Shown here in pieces: positions 1 through 9,620 of a stretch of 64,000 bases of DNA; within the stretch, counting starts at the first letter, position 1; each line of letters begins with the position of its first letter. The position numbers and the translations under genes are program-made. Source of the stretch: Candidatus Cloacimonadota bacterium (GTDB taxonomy: Bacteria > Cloacimonadota > Cloacimonadia > JGIOTU-2). The notes under the pieces are model-generated. The model was not told the DNA's origin. It did no database searches and worked only from the letters and a program-made list of their open reading frames with translations. The DNA lies in contig JBNGBT010000003.1 in the NCBI GenBank assembly GCA_049903315.1, positions 249,816-313,815 of the forward strand, written 5' to 3'.

Positions 1-11
1 AATAACGTGAG

Positions 12-761
12 ATGAGCCAGCGTATCGAGAAGTGCAATGCCATTGTACTGAAGGTTACCGAATACAGTAATACCAGCCAGATAATACAGTTCTTTTCTAA
101 GGAATTTGGTCATATCGGAGTGATTGCAAAGGGGACACGCAATCCGAAAAATAAATACTACGGACTTATCCAGCAGCTTGGAAATTATGAGACAGTTATT
201 TATAAAAAAGACACCTCACTTTCCTTACTCAAAGAAATTTCACTCATTGATGACCACAACGGGCTTAATTCGGACTTTACTATGATTGCTCTCGCACATG
301 CTGGGGCAGAACTCTACCTCCAGCTTATGTTCGAGGAGGATGATTATGAAAAATTTTATATCCTGCTCGCACAATTTTATGATTTTCTTCCAAGTATAAA
401 ACGCAACCATATCCTTGTTTTCTGGCGGTTCCTTCTCCGTGTTGCCGGCTTTCTAGGATTCTCTTTCAAGTTCAACACATGCCAGGTGTGTGGTATTCAA
501 AATAGTGAACTCTTTCACGGGATTTCGTTTGTTCATAATGGATTTATTTGCAGTGATTGTGCAAAAAAGCATGCTGCGACCGAACATTTCCAGATAAATG
601 AGTCAACAAGGAAATTGCTGCTGACGCTCAAGAATTTGCATAATTTGGAATCCTTTGAAATTGCCGAACAGGACATCAAGACGATCAATACGATCTTCCG
701 CACCTATCTCAGCTATCACCTTCATAAAAAGATACATTTGAGGAGTTTGGAAGTATTTTAG
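12..761 (+). CDS. recO: DNA repair protein RecO
   Basis: N-terminal OB-fold pattern (IVLK..EYS..SQII.FFSKEFG.I.VIAKG.R); C-terminal CxxC...CxxC zinc site; 249 aa. Confidence 0.9.
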   Translation: MSQRIEKCNAIVLKVTEYSNTSQIIQFFSKEFGHIGVIAKGTRNPKNKYYGLIQQLGNYETVIYKKDTSLSLLKEISLIDDHNGLNSDFTMIALAHAGAELYLQLMFEEDDYEKFYILLAQFYDFLPSIKRNHILVFWRFLLRVAGFLGFSFKFNTCQVCGIQNSELFHGISFVHNGFICSDCAKKHAATEHFQINESTRKLLLTLKNLHNLESFEIAEQDIKTINTIFRTYLSYHLHKKIHLRSLEVF

Positions 762-766
762 AAACC

Positions 767-793
767 TTGCGAATGGTCTAATGACCTTCGCAA
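767..793. terminator. Hairpin between convergent genes (terminator or REP-like palindrome)
   Basis: ttgcgaatggtc-taat-gaccttcgcaa inverted repeat just after the recO stop. Confidence 0.5.
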
Positions 794-876
794 CGATTGC
801 ACTTCTGAAATCTTAAATCGGTGTTCTTGAATCTTTATTCACAATAATAGTTAAGCAAGTACTTCCGCAAAGATTA

Positions 877-1398
877 TCAAACAAGTTCCCTCAACACAAT
901 CCTATACGAAGGTCTATACAAATTCTTATAAACAGCAGAATGTGAAAAATGAGGAAAGACGTGCTCGTTTAATAATTTGTTTAACCTATTCCACCGATCA
1001 GGAGTGAACTGTTCGAACGTATTGCCTTCGATCAATGAACCTAATGCAAGCCAATAGTGTTTTAGTTTATCTTTGTCGGGAATTATTTTTCGCTGCGTCT
1101 CACACAACATTTCAAAAAGTGCATTAAGCGAACATTGTTTTCTGAAAACAGGTATATTCAATCGTACGAGTTCATGATCCAGCGAAATATCAACATACAA
1201 ATCGTTCTCATGGTTTTCATTAGGTGAATCAAATTCATTTTTCAGATATGAATATGCCAGTTCTTTATTCTGCAAGATATGCGCTGGTCCCATCACACTT
1301 TGGTAGAGAAGTTTATACACATCCCCGAGTTCCATTGCCGGATAGAGCTCCAGATGACAATAAATAAGTTCAATCATTTTCTTTTTGTTCATGACCAT
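877..1398 (-). CDS. Conserved hypothetical protein
   Basis: 173-aa ORF with conserved-looking motifs H..YP.M...D.YKLLYQ..MGP.H and SHS..Y...Y.P.YRIV. Confidence 0.7.
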   Translation of the reverse strand: MVMNKKKMIELIYCHLELYPAMELGDVYKLLYQSVMGPAHILQNKELAYSYLKNEFDSPNENHENDLYVDISLDHELVRLNIPVFRKQCSLNALFEMLCETQRKIIPDKDKLKHYWLALGSLIEGNTFEQFTPDRWNRLNKLLNEHVFPHFSHSAVYKNLYRPSYRIVLRELV

Positions 1399-1617
1399 AT
1401 CCCATATTTTGTGAAATCATTGACAAGAAAATTAGTAAACTCAAATGCAAGGCATATTTATACCACAGAGGTTGAAAAAAATCATTTTATTATTTATATG
1501 ATTTTCATCATATTCGGCTTTTTTTATTCGTAGTTATCATATTCGTATCTTGATGCTCAGTCTTGTTTATAAAGATATTTAATTTTTTTTAAATAAATAA
1601 ATTTTGTAGGAGCTACA

Positions 1618-3261
1618 ATGGAATTTTATTCAAAGCTAGAAAAGCTGATTGAGAATCATCCTCTTATACTGGAGGATATCCCACGAACTGAAATGATCGG
1701 ACATGCAATTGATAATGGTGAAGCTGTTATCTCAGCAAATGGATCTTGTACCACTTGGACCCCGATCGAATCTACCGGCAGGAGCCCTAAAGACACGTTG
1801 ATCGTTCGACGACCAGCAAGTGAGGAAGATATTGATTGGAACTCACCAAACAATATTCCCCTCGATCCTGAAACATTTGAGATGATTCTCGAAGACACTC
1901 TCAAAACCTTTTCAGAGAAGGACAAGATCTATATCACGAATAGAGTGCTCAGTGCAGAGACATCCTATGCACTTCCCGTACGAACTATCTGTGATCAGTC
2001 CTTAACAGCGCTTTTTACAGATAATATGTTCCGCCCTGTTCCTGAAGATATTTCTGAGAGTGTTTTTGCGTTTAATGGTTTCACGATCCTCGTGCTTCCC
2101 TATGATAAACTGGATAGGGCGCGTTATAAAGGACGGCTTCGCACACTTCCTGATGGCAAGACTTCGAATATGGCAATTGTGATGGATTTTGATAAAAGGA
2201 TCGGTGTGGTGTATGGCTCTGCGTATGGCGGAAGCGTGAAAAAACTTATGTTCACTGTAATGAATTATTATCTTCCTGCTGAAGGCATTTTACCGTTGCA
2301 TTGCTCTGCTAATGAGGGAGAGAATGGAGATTCAGCTCTCCTGCTTGGACTTTCCGGCACAGGAAAAACTACCCTTTCTGCAGATCCCAAACGTGCGCTT
2401 CTTGGTGATGATGAACACGGATGGAGTGAAAAGGGAATCGCAAATTTTGAGAATGGATGTTATGCAAAACTGATAAATCTTCGCGCTGATAAAGAGCCGG
2501 AAATTTATCACGCAGTGTTTCATGATGCTGACTATCTTAAGCATGGCGCAATTATCGAGAATTGTATGATGTATCCCGATGGCCATTTCGACGTCGATGA
2601 TGAGCGATTGACACCGAATTCTCGTGGCTCATATCCCTTAACATTTCTCTCAAATATAAAACATTCATCTAAATCAGGACATCCGACAACCATCCTCTTC
2701 CTCACTGCCGATGCCAATGCAGTGATACCTCCTATTGCAAAGCTGAATCCCGAACAGGCAATGCTCTGGTTCCTGATGGGCTACACAAGCAAGCTTGCCG
2801 GAACTGAAACAGGAATTGTCGAACCGGTCTCCACTTTTTCACGATTTTTCGGCGCACCTTTTATGCCGAGAAATCCGGATGTGTATGCGTCTATGCTTGG
2901 TGAAAAGATGAAGGAATATCACACGCAGGTGTATCTTGTGAATACCGGCTGGAGTGGTGGCCCCTTTGGTGTTGGTTCACGGATGGACATCAATTTAACC
3001 AGAAGACTTGTTGAAGCAGCATTGAGTGGGGAACTTAAAAATGTGCAATATCAAGAAAATGAGATGTTCCACTTGTCAGTTCCGCTAGAATGTCCCGGAG
3101 TGCCTTCTGAAATTCTCGATCCGCACAATACCTGGGAAGACAAGAATGCATATAATGAACGGGCAAAGAAATTAGCTTCGGAATTCAGTGCATACTTCGA
3201 TAAAGCGTACGGAGATAAAAATATTGATCCGGCAATCAGAGCGCAGTGTCCTGGGAAATAA
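1618..3261 (+). CDS. pckA: Phosphoenolpyruvate carboxykinase (ATP)
   Basis: TGRSPKD, YGGSVKK, LHCSAN, GLSGTGKTT (P-loop), LGDDEHGW, NFENGCYAK, LVNTGW; RBS AGGAG. Confidence 0.97.
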   Translation: MEFYSKLEKLIENHPLILEDIPRTEMIGHAIDNGEAVISANGSCTTWTPIESTGRSPKDTLIVRRPASEEDIDWNSPNNIPLDPETFEMILEDTLKTFSEKDKIYITNRVLSAETSYALPVRTICDQSLTALFTDNMFRPVPEDISESVFAFNGFTILVLPYDKLDRARYKGRLRTLPDGKTSNMAIVMDFDKRIGVVYGSAYGGSVKKLMFTVMNYYLPAEGILPLHCSANEGENGDSALLLGLSGTGKTTLSADPKRALLGDDEHGWSEKGIANFENGCYAKLINLRADKEPEIYHAVFHDADYLKHGAIIENCMMYPDGHFDVDDERLTPNSRGSYPLTFLSNIKHSSKSGHPTTILFLTADANAVIPPIAKLNPEQAMLWFLMGYTSKLAGTETGIVEPVSTFSRFFGAPFMPRNPDVYASMLGEKMKEYHTQVYLVNTGWSGGPFGVGSRMDINLTRRLVEAALSGELKNVQYQENEMFHLSVPLECPGVPSEILDPHNTWEDKNAYNERAKKLASEFSAYFDKAYGDKNIDPAIRAQCPGK

Positions 3262-3279
3262 TCAAAGTTATATACAAAT

Positions 3280-3317
3280 AAAAACCCCACCATTTCCTTT
3301 TAGTGGGGTTTTTTTTT
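3280..3317. terminator. Bidirectional intrinsic terminator
   Basis: aaaaaccccac...gtggggttttttttt between convergent pckA and the DUF2147 gene. Confidence 0.85.
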
Positions 3318-3332
3318 ACAAAAGTAAAACTA

Positions 3333-3833
3333 TTACTTATTTCCTTCTTCGATCATTTCCTTAGGTTTCTCTTTTTCGAAGGGATCTGACACACGTTCCC
3401 ATGTCTGACTTCGACCAATTCGAATTATTGCTTTGATATAGCCGCGCACCTGTAATTTTGTACCATCTTCGAAGGTTCGGATCTTGCAATTATAGGTTTT
3501 TCCTTTTTTAGGATCGAGAATTTTACCGCCATCCCACCAGCCATCCTTATCTTCGGTAAGACCCCACATGATGGTTGCACCTATCATAGGCTTTCCTTCA
3601 AGATCTCCTGAGCCTTTTGCACAGGTTGGATTTTGGTCTTCATCGGGTTTGCGGAAAAGTTTTACAATCTTGCCATTCATTTTTCCGTTTTCAATCCAGA
3701 TATTAACAACTGATTTTGCTTCACCTGTTTCATCATCGATGGTTTTCCACCAGCCCACTGGTGAAAGGTTGTCTGCATAAAGTGCCATAGTGATAAAAAT
3801 GACACTTATGATCAGTAAGAGTAATTTTTTCAT
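3333..3833 (-). CDS. DUF2147 family secreted protein
   Basis: SPVGWWKTIDD, G.ILDP..GK.Y.C, L.VRGY, GRSQTW; start moved to MKKLLL behind a GGAGG RBS; signal peptide. Confidence 0.85.
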   Translation of the reverse strand: MKKLLLLIISVIFITMALYADNLSPVGWWKTIDDETGEAKSVVNIWIENGKMNGKIVKLFRKPDEDQNPTCAKGSGDLEGKPMIGATIMWGLTEDKDGWWDGGKILDPKKGKTYNCKIRTFEDGTKLQVRGYIKAIIRIGRSQTWERVSDPFEKEKPKEMIEEGNK

Positions 3834-3873
3834 TGCTCCTCCCGGAGTTTTATTTGATGTGATGTGATTTTTT

Positions 3874-4551
3874 TCATACAAAAATTATTGTTAAAATGAT
3901 AACGATGACCAGACTTGGCAGCATATTTATCACTTTTAATTTCTTGATCTCTAAAATTGATATTCCAAGTCCAGTAAGGATTATTCCACCAACCGCAGTG
4001 AGTTCATTGATGATCGGCATAGTTACAGATTGTTCGAAAAGCCGCGCAAATAAAGTTAAACCACCTTGGTAAATAAGCAGGGGTATCACAGAAAGCATTA
4101 CCCCGATCCCAAGTGCTGCAGCAAGTGCAATGGAGGCAAAACCGTCGAGGAGAGATTTGGTGAGAAGAAGGTTCGGATTTCCTCCCAAACCTTCCTCTAT
4201 TGCGCCTAATATAGTCATGGATCCCATGCAGAAAAGCAAGAAAGCCGTTACCAAGCCCTCAGAGAATTTATCATTTTTAGAGTGCCATTTTTTTTTCAGA
4301 GAATCGCTGATCCTGGTTAGCCACGCATCAATATCAAGTAGTTGCCCAACTATCGAACCCATAATAAGACTAAAGATCAAGATGAGATAATGTTCTGTTT
4401 TAAGAGCCATTGTAATGCCGAGGAAAATTGTAAATAAACCGATTGCCTGAAATGCAATAGTTGTAAGTTTTTCCGGGAGTTTCTTTCGGAGAATTATACC
4501 AATGATACTTCCGAGAATTACTGCACCGACGTTGACGATCGTGCCAATCAT
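3874..4551 (-). CDS. DUF554 family membrane protein
   Basis: MIGTIVN start, LFCMGSMTILGAIEEG, KSLLDG, YQG, NMLPSL; multi-TM. Confidence 0.9.
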   Translation of the reverse strand: MIGTIVNVGAVILGSIIGIILRKKLPEKLTTIAFQAIGLFTIFLGITMALKTEHYLILIFSLIMGSIVGQLLDIDAWLTRISDSLKKKWHSKNDKFSEGLVTAFLLFCMGSMTILGAIEEGLGGNPNLLLTKSLLDGFASIALAAALGIGVMLSVIPLLIYQGGLTLFARLFEQSVTMPIINELTAVGGIILTGLGISILEIKKLKVINMLPSLVIVIILTIIFV

Positions 4552-4552
4552 A

Positions 4553-5293
4553 CTATTCGAACCTGCCCACAGTAAAGAAATCCTGTATCTCTTTTATATC
4601 CGAAGCCAGTGCTTCTTTCAGAGTGCCGACGAAAAGTGCTTTTCCCTGATCAAGAAAAACGATCCTGTCTGCAATCCTATGAATGCTGGCAAGCTCATGG
4701 GTTACGACGACAATTGTCATGTTAAGCTGGTGCTTCATTTGAAGAAGAAGCTTATCAATTGCAGCCGAAGTTATAGGATCCAGCCCGGCATTCGGCTCAT
4801 CGCAGAAGAGAAGCTGGGGATCGAGCGCAATAGCTCGTGCAAGAGCTGCTCGCTTTCTCATACCTCCGGAAAGTTCTGCAGGTGAGAGATACATTGCATG
4901 TGCAAGTTCAACAAGATTCAGCTTTGTTTCAATGATCCTGTTTATGAGATCTCTTTCAAGGTTTGAGTGCTGTTCTAGGGGTATGGCAACATTTTCGCCA
5001 ATTGAAAGTGAGTTCAAGAGCGCTCCGTTTTGAAAGAGCACCCCGCATTTCATGAGTATTTCCTCGAAATCTTCCTCTTCCATTGTCGTGGTTTCTTGCC
5101 CAAAGATTTTGATTAAGCCGGATACGGGTTTCAGCAGTCCAATAATATGTTTGAGAAGCGTGGTTTTTCCACAACCGCTCCCCCCAAGAATTATGAAAAC
5201 TTCGTTCTCTTTTATATCAAGAGTAATACCATCAAGAATGCGACGTCCATCATATTCAGTGATCAAATCCTTAACTTCAATAATATTTTCCAT
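4553..5293 (-). CDS. mlaF: ABC transporter ATP-binding subunit, MlaF/Mkl family
   Basis: Walker A GGSGCGKT, LSGGMRKR signature, LLFCDEP, VVTH; adjacent to MlaE. Confidence 0.9.
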   Translation of the reverse strand: MENIIEVKDLITEYDGRRILDGITLDIKENEVFIILGGSGCGKTTLLKHIIGLLKPVSGLIKIFGQETTTMEEEDFEEILMKCGVLFQNGALLNSLSIGENVAIPLEQHSNLERDLINRIIETKLNLVELAHAMYLSPAELSGGMRKRAALARAIALDPQLLFCDEPNAGLDPITSAAIDKLLLQMKHQLNMTIVVVTHELASIHRIADRIVFLDQGKALFVGTLKEALASDIKEIQDFFTVGRFE

Positions 5294-5298
5294 GTCGA

Positions 5299-6396
5299 TT
5301 AATAGAATAGAAGTCCAAGTATGGAGTCAGCAACAATCACCATAAAGATAGCGGTTACTACAGAAGCAGTCGTGGAACGTCCCACTCCACCAGCGCCGCC
5401 TTTTGCACGTAATCCGAAGAATACGCCGACGATTGTGATCAGCCAGGCAAAAACAAAACTTTTCACCACACTTGTGATGATATCTTTGAGCACCATAACG
5501 TTTGCCATCCTATCCACAAATGCCGTAGGACTCAATTTCAGATATGTAATGCCAATCAGGAATCCTCCCATTATTCCAATAATGTCTGCAAAAATGGTAA
5601 GGAGTGGAGTTGCGATCGTCATTGCATATAATTTGGGGAGTACAACATATTTGATAGGGTTGAGCGCCATTGTTTTCAGTGCATCGAGTTCTTCAGAGAT
5701 TTTCATTGTAGCGATTTCGGAAGCTATTGCAGAACCGCTTCTGCCCGCAAGAATGATCGCAGTCATAAGAGGACCCATTTCTCTGGTCATAGAAATTGCA
5801 ATGAGATCAACAATGAAAATATTCGCACCGAAACTCCTGAGCTGCTGGGCAGATTGAAGCGAAAGAATAAAGCCGACAAGGAATGAAATGAGTCCTACAA
5901 TCGGAAGTGCATTTACACCGATAAGATTGCTTTGGACAACAAATTCCCCTTTGCGCTGCCCTTTTTTAGAGAAGATGCCAACCACACCCCAATAAAACAT
6001 ATCTGCAGCAAGGTATATGAAGTATTTGACATTATCAAAAAAATCAAAACCCTTATCTCCGAGCCCTTCAAAATATCCAAGTTTTCGAGGTTTTTCAAAC
6101 TCTTTCTCACCGAGTTCCAGTGATGAAAAGACAGTGAGAGAATCTTGTACTTTTTCTGAAGCATTGATGATATTCGTTTCAATTGAGGATTTTTTAAGAG
6201 AATCTATTACCTGATCTATTGCAGCTACTCCAGCGCTGTCTATCGTATTCAGGTCACTTAAATCAATGGGAACTTTTTTCTTTTTCTTTATCGAAGAAAG
6301 ATTTGCAGATACGAAATTAAGAAATGCTTCTGCATTTTTAATGGTCAGTTCGTCATGCAAGACGAGTGTATTGTTTTTGAATTCAAAGGAATTCAT
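5299..6396 (-). CDS. mlaE: MlaE-family ABC permease with N-terminal STAS domain
   Basis: STAS motif IDLSDL..IDSAG; REMGPLMTAIILAGRSGSAIASEIATM; VGRSTTASVV. Confidence 0.9.
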   Translation of the reverse strand: MNSFEFKNNTLVLHDELTIKNAEAFLNFVSANLSSIKKKKKVPIDLSDLNTIDSAGVAAIDQVIDSLKKSSIETNIINASEKVQDSLTVFSSLELGEKEFEKPRKLGYFEGLGDKGFDFFDNVKYFIYLAADMFYWGVVGIFSKKGQRKGEFVVQSNLIGVNALPIVGLISFLVGFILSLQSAQQLRSFGANIFIVDLIAISMTREMGPLMTAIILAGRSGSAIASEIATMKISEELDALKTMALNPIKYVVLPKLYAMTIATPLLTIFADIIGIMGGFLIGITYLKLSPTAFVDRMANVMVLKDIITSVVKSFVFAWLITIVGVFFGLRAKGGAGGVGRSTTASVVTAIFMVIVADSILGLLFY

Positions 6397-6397
6397 A

Positions 6398-7969
6398 TTA
6401 GAAGGAAATGATCGTTAGATCCAGCGATACATTATGATCCACCTGCGTCCATGTTTTAGTTTCGTCCTGTTTTACTGTAAGAGTGTAATCTAAAGAGACG
6501 ATGCTGGATAATTTGAAACTGAGCGTGTTATCAAGTCTGAAAACCTGTTTCCTGCTTTTTTCAAAAGGATAGAGGGTATAGAATTCGAAGACATAGTTTA
6601 TATTATTTGAGATGCGGAAGTCACCACCGACATTTCCTTCAAACCCACTTAAATTAACGGATTCAAGTTCTCTGAATAAAGTGGGATCTGCCGTATCTTG
6701 TTCATACACATTCGAGTTTATGGTCTGTGAAAATCCCAAACCAGTTTTGATATACAGATTGCTTGTATTTGTATTTAATACAGTAAGGTTCAATCCAATA
6801 CCTTCCTCAAGACTTAGTGGATACAGCATTGGAGTTATCTGCACATTGTCATCATTGGTGATAGTTTGAACGGTATCTCCTTCTGTATCTATCTTATATA
6901 TCTTTGGTTGATCGGCATCGAAGTAGAATTTCGTGGGGAAAACATTTGAAGCAAGACGGAATCGGCCATACACACCAAAGGATTTTATAAAATAGAAAAT
7001 ATATGTGGGCTGTATTTGAAGTGAGTTTGAATAGATTCTGAAATCTTTATCCTGTTCCTTAGTAAGCCCGACATTGAGATCCTGCCGTGATGAAAAATAA
7101 TGTGGGAATGCATCATACTTGATCTCATTATCTATTTTCGAACTAAGTGTGATATTTGTCGCAGATTCATCTTTGTTTGCGAAGTTATCGCTACTGAGAA
7201 GGAAGCTTCCTTTTACGGAAGTATAGTATCTCCATGCACGCACCATATCGGACTCTTTCATTTCAGGCAAGACACCTGCCCCAACAAAGTTCTTTGTAGA
7301 GGAGTCCATGACAATTGTAAGTTCTTCAAGCGTACCTTCCATGATACGTATTGTAGTGAAATTAATAAATGTTTTTGGTGATTCTCTATATTTAATGATC
7401 TTGTAAACGCCGGGTTTTAGTAGCCAGGTTTCTTGTTTTTCTCCGGGTTGATCTTCCTCGGCACTATATTTTGTGCCAATGCTGTTTTTATAGTCATCGA
7501 TTTGATAGATTTCATAAGCCTCGCGGAGGAAATTTCTATTCTGGTCTATGATCTTGACAATAAGGCCGCCCCATGTGGGTTCAATTATTCGTGTTTGACC
7601 AGCTTTTAGAGTCACATCTACTTCCACCTTTTGGGGTGTTAAAATTGCTGAACCAATTTCCAGTGTGTAGGAACCGGGCTCCATAAAGATGCTTTGACCT
7701 ACCGGGCATCCGTCTCTAACTAATTGACCGTTTTGATAGATCATATATTCGGGTTCAAGTTCGGGAGAAGACATAGCTGGCACAAAGATTCTGCCCATGC
7801 CGAGTTGGTCGTCTATACCTTCTTCTTCGAGCTGCCGCATGGGATCGGGCGCATACCATGTATTATAATTATCTTCTAGGCAAATATTAGAAATTGGCTG
7901 ATTCTGAGACAAAGCATTGCCGGTTAGAGCTGATATTAAAATAATGAGTATGAAAAATATCTTTTTCAT
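6398..7969 (-). CDS. Putative outer-membrane beta-barrel protein with N-terminal beta-sandwich domains
   Basis: Signal peptide; PEGA-like PG.Y motifs; alternating hydrophobic strands in C-terminal half; terminal Phe (LDLTIISF); inside the MCE operon. Confidence 0.6.
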   Translation of the reverse strand: MKKIFFILIILISALTGNALSQNQPISNICLEDNYNTWYAPDPMRQLEEEGIDDQLGMGRIFVPAMSSPELEPEYMIYQNGQLVRDGCPVGQSIFMEPGSYTLEIGSAILTPQKVEVDVTLKAGQTRIIEPTWGGLIVKIIDQNRNFLREAYEIYQIDDYKNSIGTKYSAEEDQPGEKQETWLLKPGVYKIIKYRESPKTFINFTTIRIMEGTLEELTIVMDSSTKNFVGAGVLPEMKESDMVRAWRYYTSVKGSFLLSSDNFANKDESATNITLSSKIDNEIKYDAFPHYFSSRQDLNVGLTKEQDKDFRIYSNSLQIQPTYIFYFIKSFGVYGRFRLASNVFPTKFYFDADQPKIYKIDTEGDTVQTITNDDNVQITPMLYPLSLEEGIGLNLTVLNTNTSNLYIKTGLGFSQTINSNVYEQDTADPTLFRELESVNLSGFEGNVGGDFRISNNINYVFEFYTLYPFEKSRKQVFRLDNTLSFKLSSIVSLDYTLTVKQDETKTWTQVDHNVSLDLTIISF

Positions 7970-7990
7970 GTATTCCTCCGCAACTATATG

Positions 7991-8638
7991 CTATTTGCCC
8001 TGCGTTGGGGCAGGTGTGTTTTTTGGTAATTTTTCAAAATATTCCTGGACTTTCCTCAGAAAGATAGTAATTTCATTTTTCAGAGTATCGCTTAATGTTT
8101 TCGCAAAAAAACTCATACTTTCTGTGTATAAAGGAGCATATCTTTTAATTTCGTAACTTACTACTGTATTGTTGGTTTTAACGTCGATCATCTGTATTGT
8201 CAGGCGTATATCAGCCCGTTGAAACTCATTGATAGGAAGATCGCTCACGTATTTTTCAATATTATGGATCGTTCCTGTAATAATGAAATTAGGACGTTGA
8301 TCAAGAAAGGTCTTTTTACAGTCCTGAACGAGATTCAGTTCTTTGACATGGTTGACAATAAGAGCGGTGATCGCATCAGGGGGACGACGAGCCCATAAGC
8401 TCCATCGGTCATAATACACTTCATGAGAAGATCGGCGAATGACAATTCTTGAATTATCATAGGTCTTATCTATCTTGAAGTCCTTTACCTGAATGGTGTA
8501 GGGATATGGAGTAGCAAGGACATCGTCCTTCGTAATAGGAGGGACATAATCAAGCAGATAGAAATGTGCCCACTGCATGCGGGAACAACCCAAAGCCAAA
8601 ATAGCAAGAATAATAATTATTATATTTTTACTTTTCAT
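7991..8638 (-). CDS. ABC transport auxiliary lipoprotein (PqiC-like)
   Basis: Lipobox LALGC; YD..RIVIR, W...P pattern typical of ABC_trans_aux; stop/start overlap with mlaD. Confidence 0.75.
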   Translation of the reverse strand: MKSKNIIIIILAILALGCSRMQWAHFYLLDYVPPITKDDVLATPYPYTIQVKDFKIDKTYDNSRIVIRRSSHEVYYDRWSLWARRPPDAITALIVNHVKELNLVQDCKKTFLDQRPNFIITGTIHNIEKYVSDLPINEFQRADIRLTIQMIDVKTNNTVVSYEIKRYAPLYTESMSFFAKTLSDTLKNEITIFLRKVQEYFEKLPKNTPAPTQGK

Positions 8639-9543
8639 TATGGTCCTCCTTGATATGAATCTGCGGATCTTGATTTAAAGAGAAGTGAGGGATTCTCTGA
8701 GATCATGCGAGAGAATTCGTTAATGTTCTGCATGGTTTCTTTGAGCAGGCGAATCGTTTCAATAACATCATCCTGGCTTTCCAGAACAGTGTAATTGATA
8801 TTATTAAATGCCTCGGTCAGGTCACCAACAGATGTATTGATATTGCTGACAGTCATATTGAACTGGTCAAGATCAAGCTGTTCTGTGACATTATTTATTG
8901 TTGAGAGGAGATTTGCCAGCTCTGATGAAATGCGTGCTATATTTGTAATGCTTTCGTTAAGACTTTCTCTATTCTCATCAAGTATGAGGTCTAGATTCTT
9001 GAGAGAATTGTTGGTATTAGCGACTGCTTCCTGGATATTCTGCTGTGTTCGATCATCAAAAATATTTGCAATATTCCTCAAGATTTCATCAACCTTTGCA
9101 GCAATATCCTGAGCTTTATCTGTGATCATATCCAGGGTTGATTCTCCAGGTTGAATGTATGAGCCCGGTTTTAGGTTTTTTTCTCGCGGATCACCTCCAA
9201 CCAGCTCAATCTGCTTCAGTCCCGTAATGCCAACAGCTGCCATCACTGCTTTTACATCAGTTTTAATGGGAGTTCCTGCCTTCACACTGATCTCAACTAT
9301 AACAGTCGTCACATCGTTCGGATCAATGTTGAGATCTTCGATTCTACCAACCCGGATACCATGATATTGTACCGCACTTCCGACGTTCATTCCGCTCACG
9401 GATTGATCTTTATATGCGATGAAGTAGATGTCTTTTTTATCAAAGAGTTTCGAGCCAACGATAATACCAATCAGGACGAATAAAAAAAACAGCGCGACAA
9501 TGATGAAAACACCTAATCTGATTTTCTGAGATTTTGAAACCAT
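8638..9543 (-). CDS. mlaD: MCE/MlaD family protein with long helical C-terminus
   Basis: Single N-terminal TM; VSGMNVGSAVQYHGIRVGRI; GITGLKQIEL; coiled helical tail. Confidence 0.9.
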   Translation of the reverse strand: MVSKSQKIRLGVFIIVALFFLFVLIGIIVGSKLFDKKDIYFIAYKDQSVSGMNVGSAVQYHGIRVGRIEDLNIDPNDVTTVIVEISVKAGTPIKTDVKAVMAAVGITGLKQIELVGGDPREKNLKPGSYIQPGESTLDMITDKAQDIAAKVDEILRNIANIFDDRTQQNIQEAVANTNNSLKNLDLILDENRESLNESITNIARISSELANLLSTINNVTEQLDLDQFNMTVSNINTSVGDLTEAFNNINYTVLESQDDVIETIRLLKETMQNINEFSRMISENPSLLFKSRSADSYQGGP

Positions 9544-9620
9544 ATTTTCTCCACAATTCTTGAGAGAAGTAAATGATATTTATGTCAATTTTTTTGCGTA
9601 AATTCTTATTATAATTGAGA

